A stretch of DNA of 64,000 bases from an uncultured virus (IMG/VR IMGVR_UViG_3300046463_000793) (IMGVR_UViG_3300046463_000793), one strand, 5' to 3'. Counted from the stretch's first letter, positions 45,790-55,764 are shown. The notes: generated from the sequence alone by a model not told the origin. Numbers and translations are program-made.

Positions 45790-46217
45790 TGAAGCTGCCA
45801 CCGCTCACGACCCCCGAACAGAACATCCACGAAGCCGTGGCAACACTGTTGCACCGGGTGGTGCTGCCACCGGCGGAATGGACGTTCTTTCCAGCCGGCG
45901 CCGTGCCGTTACCACCGCGGCTCGCGGCCAAGCTGTATCGCATGGGACTGCGTCGGGGCTGGCCGGATTTTATCATCGTGCACGACCGTATCTACGGCCT
46001 CGAGCTCAAGCGCGAAGGCGGCACGCTGAGCAAGACCAGAACGGTCCGCAACAAGCGGGGAGGCGTTCGCCTCCTGGACGGACAGGTCGAGGTGTTCCCC
46101 CGGCTCGAGCGCGCCGGCATGGTCCTCGCGGTCTGCCGCACGGTCGATGAGGTGCTCCAACAGCTGGTGCGCTGGCAGATCCCGGTGCGCTGGCATATGC
46201 CGCTGGAGGTCGTGTGA
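45789..46217 (+). CDS. VRR-NUC / PD-(D/E)xK nuclease
   Basis: GLRRGWPDF, GLELK, Q, CRTVDEV motifs. Confidence 0.8.
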   Translation: MKLPPLTTPEQNIHEAVATLLHRVVLPPAEWTFFPAGAVPLPPRLAAKLYRMGLRRGWPDFIIVHDRIYGLELKREGGTLSKTRTVRNKRGGVRLLDGQVEVFPRLERAGMVLAVCRTVDEVLQQLVRWQIPVRWHMPLEVV

Positions 46218-46286
46218 TGCGGTGAGCCAGATCCAGGTTGACTGAGATGGGCCTATAGGTACCTAATCAGTGGCATTCCGATAGGA

Positions 46287-46658
46287 GTGCTCATCATGCA
46301 CGTGCGTCTCAATCCGCAGCAGTGGTCGTTGTTGGGTGAATGGGTGATGCGACCGACCGATAACAGGAAACACAAGACCGGCGGCGGCATGCAGCAACGT
46401 CGCAAGCGCTGGCTGGCAGCGATGAACCCGTCCGACTGTTCGATCGCGTTAAGCGAGGAGGCGCCCAAGAATACCCGTGCGACGGATGACGTGACATGGA
46501 TCATCGGCACCATCGTCAATCAGTATGCCGGTGGCTTCCAGTCGCTCATTGCGAAGATCTTTACCAACACGCATCCTCGGTTCACCGGCCTATCGATCAA
46601 ACCGCGCAAGTCCCGCACAATGAAAGGAGGCTCATCAGCAGCTCCGCCCCCTTTCTAA
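46287..46658 (+). CDS. hypothetical protein
   Basis: GGGMQ...GGFQ motifs; GGAG upstream. Confidence 0.55.
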   Translation: MLIMHVRLNPQQWSLLGEWVMRPTDNRKHKTGGGMQQRRKRWLAAMNPSDCSIALSEEAPKNTRATDDVTWIIGTIVNQYAGGFQSLIAKIFTNTHPRFTGLSIKPRKSRTMKGGSSAAPPPF

Positions 46659-46681
46659 GTGACGTAACAGAGGAGAAAGCC

Positions 46682-47632
46682 ATGGCACTGCCATTTGAAG
46701 CAAAGCGGAAGCGTTCAGCGACGCCTGAGTTGTCGCTACTCGATCAAGAGAAGATCATCGCCCGGCAGCGAGTGAAGGCCGACACCGCGTCGGTGGCACC
46801 GGCCGACGAGCTCGCGGCTTTGCTGGCGCAACACAATACCATCGGGCACGTGTATCTCGAAATAGCCGTTGGGCCGGAGTGGGCGGCGGCGGCGCTGGCC
46901 CGCAATTTTGATAACCGTCCATTGCGCCAATGGAAGGTAAAGATCATGGCGCGCGCCATGACGGAAAACCGCTACGCGGACAAGCAGCCGCATCCGATCT
47001 GTTTTAACCACCTTGGTGTGTTGGCGGATGGACAACACCGATTGGAAGCTATCGTGCTGTCAGGGTGCACTATCATCTTCACGATATGCTTCGGTTGCGA
47101 TCCTAAAGAGCGTGACCACTATGATCAGGGCACGCCGCGTAGTGTCTCCGACATCGCGCGTGAGCACGGGCACCAGAACACCGTGCTGGCACAGTCGGTC
47201 GTCGCCATGATCCTGCGCACCGAATTGAGAAGCGCCGCGCCGCTGGATCGCAACGAGCAAACCGAAAGGCTGGACGCTCTATATACCGAAAGCGAGGACT
47301 TTGAGCAGGCCCTTAAGGCATCCAGTCGGACTAAGACGCTGATCTCTCCGACCACGGGAGCGTTGGCGTTTTATCATATCGCCGCGCACACCACGCATCG
47401 TGACAAACTCGAGGCGTTCTGGGAAGCGCTCGCTAAGGGTCTGCTGACAGAGCAGAATCCCGTCTGGCGTGTTCGACAGGAACTGATCAAAGATCGTAAT
47501 CAAAAAGGCAGCCGTGATCTGGCGGTCAAGAAGGCGGGCTCTATCGTGTTGGCGTGGAATGCGCTGATGGAGCGGCGCCGCCCGCGTAACTTCAAATGGG
47601 ATACGTCGCTACGACTCCCGGAGGTGGTGTGA
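46682..47632 (+). CDS. ParB/Srx-fold DGQHR-motif protein
   Basis: NRPLR...M, I.F...G.LADGQHRLEAI, DQG..RS; GAGGAG RBS. Confidence 0.7.
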   Translation: MALPFEAKRKRSATPELSLLDQEKIIARQRVKADTASVAPADELAALLAQHNTIGHVYLEIAVGPEWAAAALARNFDNRPLRQWKVKIMARAMTENRYADKQPHPICFNHLGVLADGQHRLEAIVLSGCTIIFTICFGCDPKERDHYDQGTPRSVSDIAREHGHQNTVLAQSVVAMILRTELRSAAPLDRNEQTERLDALYTESEDFEQALKASSRTKTLISPTTGALAFYHIAAHTTHRDKLEAFWEALAKGLLTEQNPVWRVRQELIKDRNQKGSRDLAVKKAGSIVLAWNALMERRRPRNFKWDTSLRLPEVV

Positions 47633-48717
47633 TGGCGGCGACAATACCGCACAAGATCAGGATCAACGACATCGTCGTGACGAAGGGGCGCCTTCGGGCG
47701 CTCCAGCAGTCAACCATCGATGCTATTGCCGAGAGTATCGGGGCGATCGGCTTACAGATCCCCATCACAGTGCGCATAGTCAAAGGCACGCCGCATCTGA
47801 TCACCGGAGAACATCGCGTAAGGGCGATGCTGCAGCGGGATGAAACTCATATTGATGCAATGGTGTTCGATAACGAACACGACGCCCGCGTCTGGGAGAT
47901 CGATGAGAACCTCGCCCGCGCTGATCTTAGCGAGAAGGAGCGCAAAGAACATATGGCTGCCCGAGCTGTGTTGATCGACCGGCGCGTGCAAACCGCACGA
48001 AAGGCACCCCCTATGGCAGACCGACGTTTTACCGCTCGCGAAGCAGCGAGAGCTGCAGGCGAGACATTCTACTATCCAACCGACCTATGCTCGAACGGAC
48101 ACGCCGGCAAGCGCTATGTGTCCAACGGCACCTGCTATGAATGCCACAAGGCCAAGGTGGCGCGGTGGCAGGAAGGCAGGGGGTATAAAGTGGCCGAAAA
48201 TCGGCCACTTTATACCACGGGACGTGGCAATACCGGTGGCACCCGTGCCGCCTCGCGCGAGCTTGGCGTGAGCCGGGACACGATCGGCCGCGCCAAGATG
48301 TTCACCAACCTGACCGAGCGGGCCAAGGCGGAGGCGGTCAAGCTGGGTCTCGCCAACAACCACCACGCACTCAAATACGCCGCCGCACATCATGGTGCTG
48401 AGCTCCAGGTGCGCGCGCTGCAGACCGAAGCGCGGAAGCTGGTGGAGAAGGCGGAGCGCAAGAAGTTCCAGGAGATGACGGTGCAGGAGCAGGCCGCCGC
48501 CGCGCCACCGTCGCGCGTGGTGCCGCTGATCGATAAGCGCCGCGAAGCAACCGAGAACTACTGGCTATGGCTGGTCGAGGAGTTTGGCCAAAATGCCTAC
48601 GCCATCGTCAACCGGCTGCGCGAGATCGATTACGGACTGCTGCTGCAGATCGCCGACAAGGCAAAAGCAGACGGCACCATCAAGGCGGATGCGCCGCCGA
48701 AGCCATCGGTGCATTGA
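47632..48717 (+). CDS. ParB-like protein with inserted zinc-ribbon segment and HTH
   Basis: IGLQIPITV, LITGEHRVRA, EIDENLARADLS; insert CSNGH..KRY.SNGTCYEC; ASRELGVSRDTI. Confidence 0.75.
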   Translation: MAATIPHKIRINDIVVTKGRLRALQQSTIDAIAESIGAIGLQIPITVRIVKGTPHLITGEHRVRAMLQRDETHIDAMVFDNEHDARVWEIDENLARADLSEKERKEHMAARAVLIDRRVQTARKAPPMADRRFTAREAARAAGETFYYPTDLCSNGHAGKRYVSNGTCYECHKAKVARWQEGRGYKVAENRPLYTTGRGNTGGTRAASRELGVSRDTIGRAKMFTNLTERAKAEAVKLGLANNHHALKYAAAHHGAELQVRALQTEARKLVEKAERKKFQEMTVQEQAAAAPPSRVVPLIDKRREATENYWLWLVEEFGQNAYAIVNRLREIDYGLLLQIADKAKADGTIKADAPPKPSVH

Positions 48718-48995
48718 TGGCGAAACCAACCTTCGACGAGGTGACGGAGATCATTGCCGAGCACCTCACTGAGGTCGCCGATGGTGGCTACCCTGGTCAA
48801 TACCTGTGGGTTGGTAGCACGCTGGTCTATGTGACTCAGAACACCGGCGAGAAACACGACTCCCAACTAGGAACCATCACGGCGCGGGAGATGCGCGCGT
48901 GGTATAAGCGCGCCGTGGCTTTTCTAAAAGAAAACCCTGACTTTGGTGATGACATATCCAGTGCGCTCTACGAAACCGAAAACCAGCGATCGTGA
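48717..48995 (+). CDS. hypothetical protein
   Basis: TGATG coupling. Confidence 0.55.
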   Translation: MAKPTFDEVTEIIAEHLTEVADGGYPGQYLWVGSTLVYVTQNTGEKHDSQLGTITAREMRAWYKRAVAFLKENPDFGDDISSALYETENQRS

Positions 48996-49444
48996 CACCG
49001 AGCTCGCCGCCTACCACCGTACGCTCGCAACCATGTTCGCGGCCCGGCGCTGCCTCTGTGGTGCCGCGGCCGGCATCGTCTGTGTCGGGCTACCGCTCGA
49101 GCCCGACCGCCACTGGTGCCTGCCCTGCGCCTCGTGGCTGGCCATGCCGGTGGAGCGATCGGTGGATAGTGGCCATGCGTAACAGCGTTGAAACACACTG
49201 GCCAGATCGGGGGGCGAAGCGCTAGCCTGAGGGCCTGACATGACAACGGCCCCGTTGAGAGCGGGGCCGGTGTCGGTATCGATCACCGCCGCCTGTGGGG
49301 GCGAAGCCGCGATCAACTGACGGAATCCGGTTTCGCACACGGGCGGCCACAACGCAAGGGGAGGCGTGCCGCCATGGCTGTGGCTATCAATCACACTCGG
49401 TTCATCGATGGTCGCAATGAGGTGCCAGCCCTGGGGCGACGCTG

Positions 49445-52168
49445 ATGAGCGGCCCCGCGCCCTGCGCGATCACGTTCTTCACCGACTACGCCGCGGCGTC
49501 CAAGCGCGAGATGCTGCTCGAGCTCAGCGATCTGGCGCAGCGCATCGCGGCGACCAGCGGGCCCGACAAGGGCAGCCTGCCCTGGCTGAAATGCGCCAGA
49601 TTCGGCGATCTCCGTACGGCCAAGGGCAGTCTCAGGCATGACGCCAACCTGATCGCGGTGACCGGCGTTGAGGCGGACTATGACGGGGAGCGGCTCAGCT
49701 TCGACGAAGCGCGCGATCGGCTCGGCGCCGCCGGGCTGCTGGCGATCCTCTACACCTCCCCCAGCCACACCGAGGACGCGCCACGTTGGCGGGTGCTGTG
49801 TCCGTTCGCGGCGGAGCATGCGCCGGCGGAGCGGGATCGCTTCCTGGCGCGGCTCAACGGGCTGTTCGATGGGATCTTTTCCAACGAGAGCTGGACCAGA
49901 TCCCAGAGCTACTACTACGGCGCGATCAACGGCAATCCGTCGCACCGGGTGGCGCTGCTGGACGGCGCGCCGCTCGATCTGGTGGTCGAGCTCGACGGAT
50001 CCGCCATCGGCAAGCCGGCCAAACCAAATGGCGCGGGCACCAATGGCGCCGAGCACCACGGCCCGCCGACGCCGCCCGAGGCGATCACCGACAGGCGGAT
50101 CAACGGGCTGATCCAGTCGCTGCTGGACAATATCCGCCGGGCACCTGATGGCGCCAAATACTTCACCCTGCGGGATATCAGCTTCACCGTCGGCGGCTAC
50201 CTGCACCTGACCGACTGGACGGCCGAGCAGGCGGTGGAGGCCTGCGTGGCCGCGCTGCCCAGCGCCAACGACTACGCGGCTGCCCGGCGCACCGCAGCGG
50301 CGGCGATCGCGGCGGGGCAGCTGAAGCCGCTGGAGCTGGCTGACCGGCCTAGGCATGGCCCACAGGGCCGCAGCAACGGCAGCCATGGCCCGGTGCCGGG
50401 CGTGCCGCCGGTGGGTGAACCGGATAAACCGGATCACAAACCGGATAAACCGGATCCCAAACCGGATAAACCGGACGGACCGGGCGATGAGTGGATCGAT
50501 CCGAACACGCCCGACGACGAGCCACCGGATCCGCCCAGCGATGACGGCCCGAGCGGTCGCCCGATGCCGCCGGAGATTCCGGTGATCCTCTGTGTGGCCG
50601 GCGAACTACCCAGGATGGTGCGCCAAGCCGAGGCGGCGCTGCTGGCTGCCGGCGTGGAGGTGTATCAGCGGCTGCATCTGGTGCACCCGATCGTGGATGA
50701 CCACGACGCGATCGCAGCCGACGGCAGCAAGACGCATAGCGCGCGGCTGGTGGCGTTCGACGCCCCGACCATGCTCAAGCTGCTGTCCGAGGTCGCCACC
50801 TTCCAGAAGTTCAACGCCCGCGCCAGGGCATTCGTGACGTGCGATCCGCCCGACAAGGTGGTGCAGATCCTGCTGGCCGGACGAGGATCCTGGCCGTTCC
50901 CCAAGGTGCGCGGCGTGCTTACATGCCCAACCTTAAGATCCGACGGCAGCGTATTGAAAGACAAGGGATACGACCGTCGCAGCCAATACTACATGGCGAT
51001 CCCGGACGATCTGGTTCTGCCAGAGCTTCCCCCGATGCCTACCCGGCAGGATGCGGAAGACAGCCTGCGACGGCTCGAGGGTCTGCTGGCCGAGTTCAGG
51101 TTCGTCGATGCCGAGGTGGATGGTGCCGTCGCGCTCTGCGTGCTGATGACCCAGGTGCTGCGCTGCGGCATGGAGTGCAGTCCGCTGCTAGCGGTCAGCG
51201 CGCGGGCGCCGGGCACCGGCAAGAGCTTCCTGGTGGATCTGGCATCCGCGATCGCGCTCGGTCGACCCTGTGCGGTGATACCACCCGGCAAAAACGAGGA
51301 GGAGACCGAGAAGGGCATCCGCACCAAGTTGCTGTCCGGCACGCCGGCCTTCAGCATCGATAATGTCCACGGTGATCTCAACCTGCCGCTGCTCAACCAA
51401 GCCACCGAGCGCACGATGATCTCGATCCGGATCTTTGGCGTGCTCGAGGAGCTCGAGGTGGAAAACAGCATGGTGGTCTACATGACGGGGAACAACCTCG
51501 CCATCGTCGGCGACCAGGGCCGCCGCAGCTTTCGCTGTGAGATGGATGCCAAAGAGGAGCGGCCCGAGCACCGTCGCTTCAAAGTCAACCCGATCGACAC
51601 CGTGATGGCCGACCGCGGCCGTTACGTTGCCGACGTGCTGATCATCGCCCGCGCCTACCTGACGTGCGGTGAACCGCGCCCTGACATTCCGCCGATCGGC
51701 GACAGCTACCGCGGCTGGTGCAAGCTGGTGCGCGAGCCGCTGATATGGCTCGGGTGCGTGGATCCGATCAGAGCCCAGGAAAGCGCCCGACAGGGCGACC
51801 CGGTTACCTCAAGACTGGAAGCGATCATAGAGGCATGGCACGCGGCCTTCGGGTTCGATGCGAAGACGCTGGCCGACGCATCACGCTACGCCACGACGCC
51901 GCCAACCAGGGTCTATGACCCCGACCCGCGACAGAACGCCATCAACCAAGCCGTCTACGAGGCGGACAGAGCGAAGCAGGAGATCCTGCTGGCCGCGCTG
52001 CGTGACGGCTTCGCCGCCGGCAAGGACGGCGTGAACACCCACGCATGGGGCAACTGGATGCGCCGCTACGAAGGCGCCATGCGGCACGGCATGCGGTTCG
52101 TGAAGGTGAAAGAGGAGGAGACCGCGGCGACCCATAAAGGGAGTGCCCGGTGGCAGCTAGAAAAATGA
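49445..52168 (+). CDS. replication primase-helicase fusion (AEP/VirE-N-like N-terminus, P-loop ATPase C-terminus)
   Basis: EADYD, YTSPSH...PRWRVL, SQSYY; Walker A PGTGKS; IDNV; TGNN. Confidence 0.8.
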   Translation: MSGPAPCAITFFTDYAAASKREMLLELSDLAQRIAATSGPDKGSLPWLKCARFGDLRTAKGSLRHDANLIAVTGVEADYDGERLSFDEARDRLGAAGLLAILYTSPSHTEDAPRWRVLCPFAAEHAPAERDRFLARLNGLFDGIFSNESWTRSQSYYYGAINGNPSHRVALLDGAPLDLVVELDGSAIGKPAKPNGAGTNGAEHHGPPTPPEAITDRRINGLIQSLLDNIRRAPDGAKYFTLRDISFTVGGYLHLTDWTAEQAVEACVAALPSANDYAAARRTAAAAIAAGQLKPLELADRPRHGPQGRSNGSHGPVPGVPPVGEPDKPDHKPDKPDPKPDKPDGPGDEWIDPNTPDDEPPDPPSDDGPSGRPMPPEIPVILCVAGELPRMVRQAEAALLAAGVEVYQRLHLVHPIVDDHDAIAADGSKTHSARLVAFDAPTMLKLLSEVATFQKFNARARAFVTCDPPDKVVQILLAGRGSWPFPKVRGVLTCPTLRSDGSVLKDKGYDRRSQYYMAIPDDLVLPELPPMPTRQDAEDSLRRLEGLLAEFRFVDAEVDGAVALCVLMTQVLRCGMECSPLLAVSARAPGTGKSFLVDLASAIALGRPCAVIPPGKNEEETEKGIRTKLLSGTPAFSIDNVHGDLNLPLLNQATERTMISIRIFGVLEELEVENSMVVYMTGNNLAIVGDQGRRSFRCEMDAKEERPEHRRFKVNPIDTVMADRGRYVADVLIIARAYLTCGEPRPDIPPIGDSYRGWCKLVREPLIWLGCVDPIRAQESARQGDPVTSRLEAIIEAWHAAFGFDAKTLADASRYATTPPTRVYDPDPRQNAINQAVYEADRAKQEILLAALRDGFAAGKDGVNTHAWGNWMRRYEGAMRHGMRFVKVKEEETAATHKGSARWQLEK
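50418..50476 (+). repeat. AACCGGA(T) short repeats in the primase linker
   Basis: Six AACCGGA units encoding PDKPDHKPDKPDPKPDKPD. Confidence 0.8.
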
Positions 52169-52188
52169 GAATGTGTCTCAAAAACCGG

Positions 52189-52315
52189 TTGGGGACATGG
52201 GGGACATTGGGGAATGTTGCCATAGCTACCCAGGATTCGCATTCGTTCTTTTTTGGTAATCTTGCCAAATCGGGCGCGTCGTTGGAAAAGTCCCCAAAGT
52301 CCCCGGAGTCCCCAA
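52189..52315. promoter_or_regulatory. candidate replication origin: two inverted triplets of 9-nt repeats around an AT-rich core
   Basis: TTGGGGACA TGGGGGACA TTGGGGAAT ... AAGTCCCCA AAGTCCCCG GAGTCCCCA right after the primase stop. Confidence 0.6.
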
Positions 52316-52352
52316 ACTACCATAGGTTGTAATAACACGCAGGAGTTGTGTA

Positions 52353-52862
52353 ATGTCTTGGATGAAAGCGCACGACGGGAGTTATGTTAATTTAGCCCAC
52401 GCGGTGCGGGTAAGGCGGGTGCGGTCGCATGAGCGACCGAGCCGGGGGGACAAGCCTCGCTGGGTGTGGGGCGTCGAGCTACCGGATGGTGAAGTGGTCG
52501 AGACCACCGAGGAGGGCTACGACGTCGGCGAGCACCTCGCCACCATCGTCCCGGCGCAACCCGGCCAGGAGTTGGTGACGGTCAGCTGGGACACCGAGAG
52601 CCGAGCGACCGAGCTCTGGATCCTTCGCTTGCCGATTGTCGCTTGGCGGGTGGAGCTTCGGCCGGATATCGCTCCGACACCGATCACGCCGGACGATATG
52701 GCGACCAGCTTCAATTGCCGCCGGTTCATCGTGCTGCCCGACGGCAAACTGCTGGAACCCTATAGCGCGGAATTCGAGAGCCTTGAGGCAATGAAGACCG
52801 ATCTGCTCGAGGCGGCGCAACGGGACTGGGACAATGCGCAGGCAGCGAAAGCTGTCGCCTGA
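52353..52862 (+). CDS. hypothetical protein
   Basis: CAGGAG RBS; PIVAWRV...PITP pattern. Confidence 0.7.
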   Translation: MSWMKAHDGSYVNLAHAVRVRRVRSHERPSRGDKPRWVWGVELPDGEVVETTEEGYDVGEHLATIVPAQPGQELVTVSWDTESRATELWILRLPIVAWRVELRPDIAPTPITPDDMATSFNCRRFIVLPDGKLLEPYSAEFESLEAMKTDLLEAAQRDWDNAQAAKAVA

Positions 52863-52889
52863 TCCAGTGCCGCCCGATCACGCGCGACC

Positions 52890-53174
52890 ATGCGCCGGCG
52901 CCGACGACGTCCGCGGCTGATCAGCGACCGGGCGTGGTGGGCGGCCTACAGCCGCTACCTCGAGGGCCCGGTGTGGCAGAGCCGGCGGCGGGCGGTGCTC
53001 GAGCGGTGCGGCTGGATCTGCGTCCACTGCGGCGCCAGGGCGGTGCAGGTGCACCACCTCCGCTACCCGCGGGGCTGCCGGCCGGGCTCGCGGTCATGGC
53101 TCGTGCAGGAGACCGCGGACAGCCTGCAGGCGGTGTGCCTGGGCTGCCATGGGCGGCTCCATGACCAGCTCTGA
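52890..53174 (+). CDS. small HNH endonuclease
   Basis: YL....W..RR..VL.R....CxxC....VHH..Y...L..VCxxCH. Confidence 0.8.
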   Translation: MRRRRRRPRLISDRAWWAAYSRYLEGPVWQSRRRAVLERCGWICVHCGARAVQVHHLRYPRGCRPGSRSWLVQETADSLQAVCLGCHGRLHDQL

Positions 53175-53203
53175 GCAGCTGTGACCAGCTCTGACCAGCT
53201 CTG
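53161..53203 (+). repeat. 10-nt tandem repeat x4
   Basis: aTGACCAGCT cTGAGCAGCT gTGACCAGCT cTGACCAGCT cTG. Confidence 0.85.
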
Positions 53204-53411
53204 CTTCCGGTGCGGCAAGCCGGCGTGCTTCGGCTACGGCCTGCCACCACGCCCCACGACATGGGCCTGCCTGGGCCACCGGGCGCTGCTGGAGGCCACC
53301 TACGTGGTGGGGCGGTATGTTCCCCTACCGCGGCTGGCCAAGGGCGCCAGGGCGGCTCCGGCGGCCACCAAGGGGCAACCCCGGCTGCGCCTCGGCGATC
53401 GGCTGACCTGA
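53181..53411 (+). CDS. small Zn-finger-like protein
   Basis: CFRCGKPACFGY...WAC..H. Confidence 0.6.
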   Translation: MTSSDQLCFRCGKPACFGYGLPPRPTTWACLGHRALLEATYVVGRYVPLPRLAKGARAAPAATKGQPRLRLGDRLT

Positions 53412-53541
53412 CATGGCCCGCGTGGCCCGCGTAACACAACCATAGGTTACGTCCGATAAGATCTATTTGCGGACGGAGAACACGGACGCCAGCCGGTCTC
53501 GTCAACAATCATGCGCGCCATGGTTGTAGAGCAGCGCGCCA

Positions 53542-53590
53542 GTTGACATGCGGGGCAAAAACGGTTACTAACCGAACTGCACACATTTTG
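53542..53590 (+). promoter_or_regulatory. sigma70-like promoter with conserved phage motif (copy 1)
   Basis: TTGACA-17-TACTAA; GGGGCAAAAACGGT and TGCACACATTTTG blocks shared with 63775-63822. Confidence 0.75.
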
Positions 53591-53605
53591 TTCGGAGAGC
53601 CTCCA

Positions 53606-55114
53606 ATGACCGCCCCCGTCCTTCGTGATTACCAGGAACGCGACATTCAGCGACTGCGCAACGCGTTCAGCCACGGCATGCGCGCGCCGATCTACCAGCT
53701 GTCCACCGGCGGCGGTAAGACCGTCGTGTTCTCCCACGTCGTCCAGAGCGCGGTGGCCAAGGGCAAGCGCGTCCTGGTGCTGGCGCATCGCCGCGAGCTG
53801 ATCCGCCAAGCCTCCGCCAAGCTGGACTGGTGCGGCGTGTCGCACGGCATCATCGCCGCCGGCGAAGACCGCGACCACGACGCGCAAGTCATTGTCGCTT
53901 CAATCCAAACCGTCGCCCGTCGCCTCGGCTCGTTGCCGCAATTCGACCTGATCGTGCTGGACGAAGCGCATCACGCGGTGGCCGGCAGCTGGTCGAAGCT
54001 GTTGGCCAGCCAGCCACAGGCGCGGCTGCTGGGTGTCACCGCGACGCCGGCCCGGCTGGACGGTAAGGGCCTCGGCAAGCACTGCGGCGGCCATTTCGAC
54101 GCCATCGTGCTGGGCCCGACCATGCAGGACCTGATCGACCAGGGGTATCTGGCGCCCTGCAAGGTGTTCCTGCCGGCGGCCGGCATCGATACCCGTGGCG
54201 TCAAGAAGATCGCCGGCGATTACGACGAGGGTGAGCTCGAGGGGCGCGCCGACGCGGTGACCGGTGACGCGGTGAAGGAGTTCGCCAAGCTGCCCGCCGG
54301 CACCACGGCGATCGCGTTCTGCGTCACGGTGAAGAACGCCGAGCGCGTCGCCCAGGCGTTCCGCGACGTCGGGGTCCGCTCGGTGGCGGTGCACGGCGGC
54401 ATGGCCAAGCCGGAGCGGGACGCCGCGATCGCCGGGCTGGAGGACGGCACGGTGACGGTGCTGACCAGCTGCGAGATCGTCTCCGAAGGCCTCGACGTGC
54501 CGTCGGTGGGCTGCGTCATCCTGCTCCGCCCCACCAAGAGCCTGACCATGTGCCGACAGCAGATCGGGCGGGGTATGCGCCCGAAGCCGGACGGTTCGGC
54601 GCTGATCGTGCTGGATCACGCCCGCAACTGCCTCGAGCATGGTCTGCCCACCGACGTCATCGACTGGACCTTGGACGGGGTGGAGAAGGACGAAAGCAAG
54701 AAGCCGCCGCCGCCCTGGCAGTGCCTGTCCTGCGGCGTGCTGAACGCGCCGGCCAGGACGGAATGCAAGGAATGCGGCGCGGCCAAGCCCTGGCGCTGCG
54801 CCACCACACCGATGCGGCGCGGCTGCGGCGAAACCAACCCGGGCGATGTGATGCATTGCCAGTTCTGCGGCCGGGCCCGCCCGGTGCGGCGGGAGCTGGT
54901 GGCGGACAACGCCGAGATGGCCGAATTTGCGCCCGAGCAATTCGCCTACATCCTGCGCATGGGTTATCGCCAGCTGCTGAGCCGGCCGCGCACGCAGGAG
55001 GAGCTCCAGGCCTACGCCCACGCCAAGGGGTATAAAAAGGGCTGGGTGTTCCACCGCATGCAGGAGCAGGCGCGCCAGTTCGGCCACGGCGCGCCGGACC
55101 GGGAGGTGGCATGA
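53606..55114 (+). CDS. superfamily 2 (DEAH) helicase with C-terminal Zn ribbons
   Basis: LRDYQ, TGGGKT, DEAHH, TATP, EGLDVP, QQIGRGMR; CxxC pairs; GYKKGWV. Confidence 0.9.
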   Translation: MTAPVLRDYQERDIQRLRNAFSHGMRAPIYQLSTGGGKTVVFSHVVQSAVAKGKRVLVLAHRRELIRQASAKLDWCGVSHGIIAAGEDRDHDAQVIVASIQTVARRLGSLPQFDLIVLDEAHHAVAGSWSKLLASQPQARLLGVTATPARLDGKGLGKHCGGHFDAIVLGPTMQDLIDQGYLAPCKVFLPAAGIDTRGVKKIAGDYDEGELEGRADAVTGDAVKEFAKLPAGTTAIAFCVTVKNAERVAQAFRDVGVRSVAVHGGMAKPERDAAIAGLEDGTVTVLTSCEIVSEGLDVPSVGCVILLRPTKSLTMCRQQIGRGMRPKPDGSALIVLDHARNCLEHGLPTDVIDWTLDGVEKDESKKPPPPWQCLSCGVLNAPARTECKECGAAKPWRCATTPMRRGCGETNPGDVMHCQFCGRARPVRRELVADNAEMAEFAPEQFAYILRMGYRQLLSRPRTQEELQAYAHAKGYKKGWVFHRMQEQARQFGHGAPDREVA

Positions 55115-55127
55115 GCGATCCGCCGGC

Positions 55128-55373
55128 ATGGTGGCTGGCATGGCGGCGCTCCGCTACGCTGTGGCTATGGACACCAACGATGATGGCTATGACGAAATCG
55201 GCAGCAAGCTGACCAAGGCCGGTGTTCCGTGGTTCGCCTGCCCGCTGTGCTTCACGATCAGCGTCAACCCGAACGATGTCCGCGAGCGCTACTGTGGCCG
55301 GTGCCATCGGTTCGTGGACGATCCCGCGCCACCCCCGATGGGGCCATACTGGCACCCGGGAGATGAGGCATGA
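55128..55373 (+). CDS. small Zn-finger protein
   Basis: CPLC..IS.NPNDV.ERYCGRCH. Confidence 0.6.
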   Translation: MVAGMAALRYAVAMDTNDDGYDEIGSKLTKAGVPWFACPLCFTISVNPNDVRERYCGRCHRFVDDPAPPPMGPYWHPGDEA

Positions 55374-55521
55374 GCCAAGACCTGACCGACATCGTGACCA
55401 TGATGCTGAAGGTTGACGCCAACCACGACCCGTCAGAGGCTAACGAGCTGCTGTCGGCCGGCGCGCAGGAGATCACGCGGCTCCGCACAGCACTCGCCGA
55501 TGTAGCAGAGATCAGGAGCCA

Positions 55522-55719
55522 GTGATGCGATGGCTGCTGGCGCGCTGGCGCGCCCGGCAACGGGCGATCGACATCCGGATCTTGTGGCCGGCGTGCAGGG
55601 ACAACGCCCGCGACCTGGACCACGCCCGCGCGGCGTTCGCCTATCACGCGTTCCACGACCGCGCATGGCTCGAGCTCGGCGACGACGAGATCGCCCGCTG
55701 CATCGATGCGTTGAACTGA
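55522..55719 (+). CDS. hypothetical protein
   Basis: QRAIDIRILWPAC...AF..HA..D.AW. Confidence 0.6.
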   Translation: MMRWLLARWRARQRAIDIRILWPACRDNARDLDHARAAFAYHAFHDRAWLELGDDEIARCIDALN

Positions 55720-55764
55720 CGCCCCGGCATCGGCTAGGGTGCGCAGCGCTCCGGCCGGAACATC

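Noticed and set aside
50418..53203. CRISPR-like arrays from the short repeats
   Set aside because: Units are 9-12 nt without unique 25-45 nt spacers, and there are no cas genes.
53900..55141. Long antisense ORFs (e.g. 53900-55141, 30718-31983, 3014-4018, 49391-50437)
   Set aside because: Shadow frames of well-supported genes in high-GC DNA; no motifs or SD sequences.
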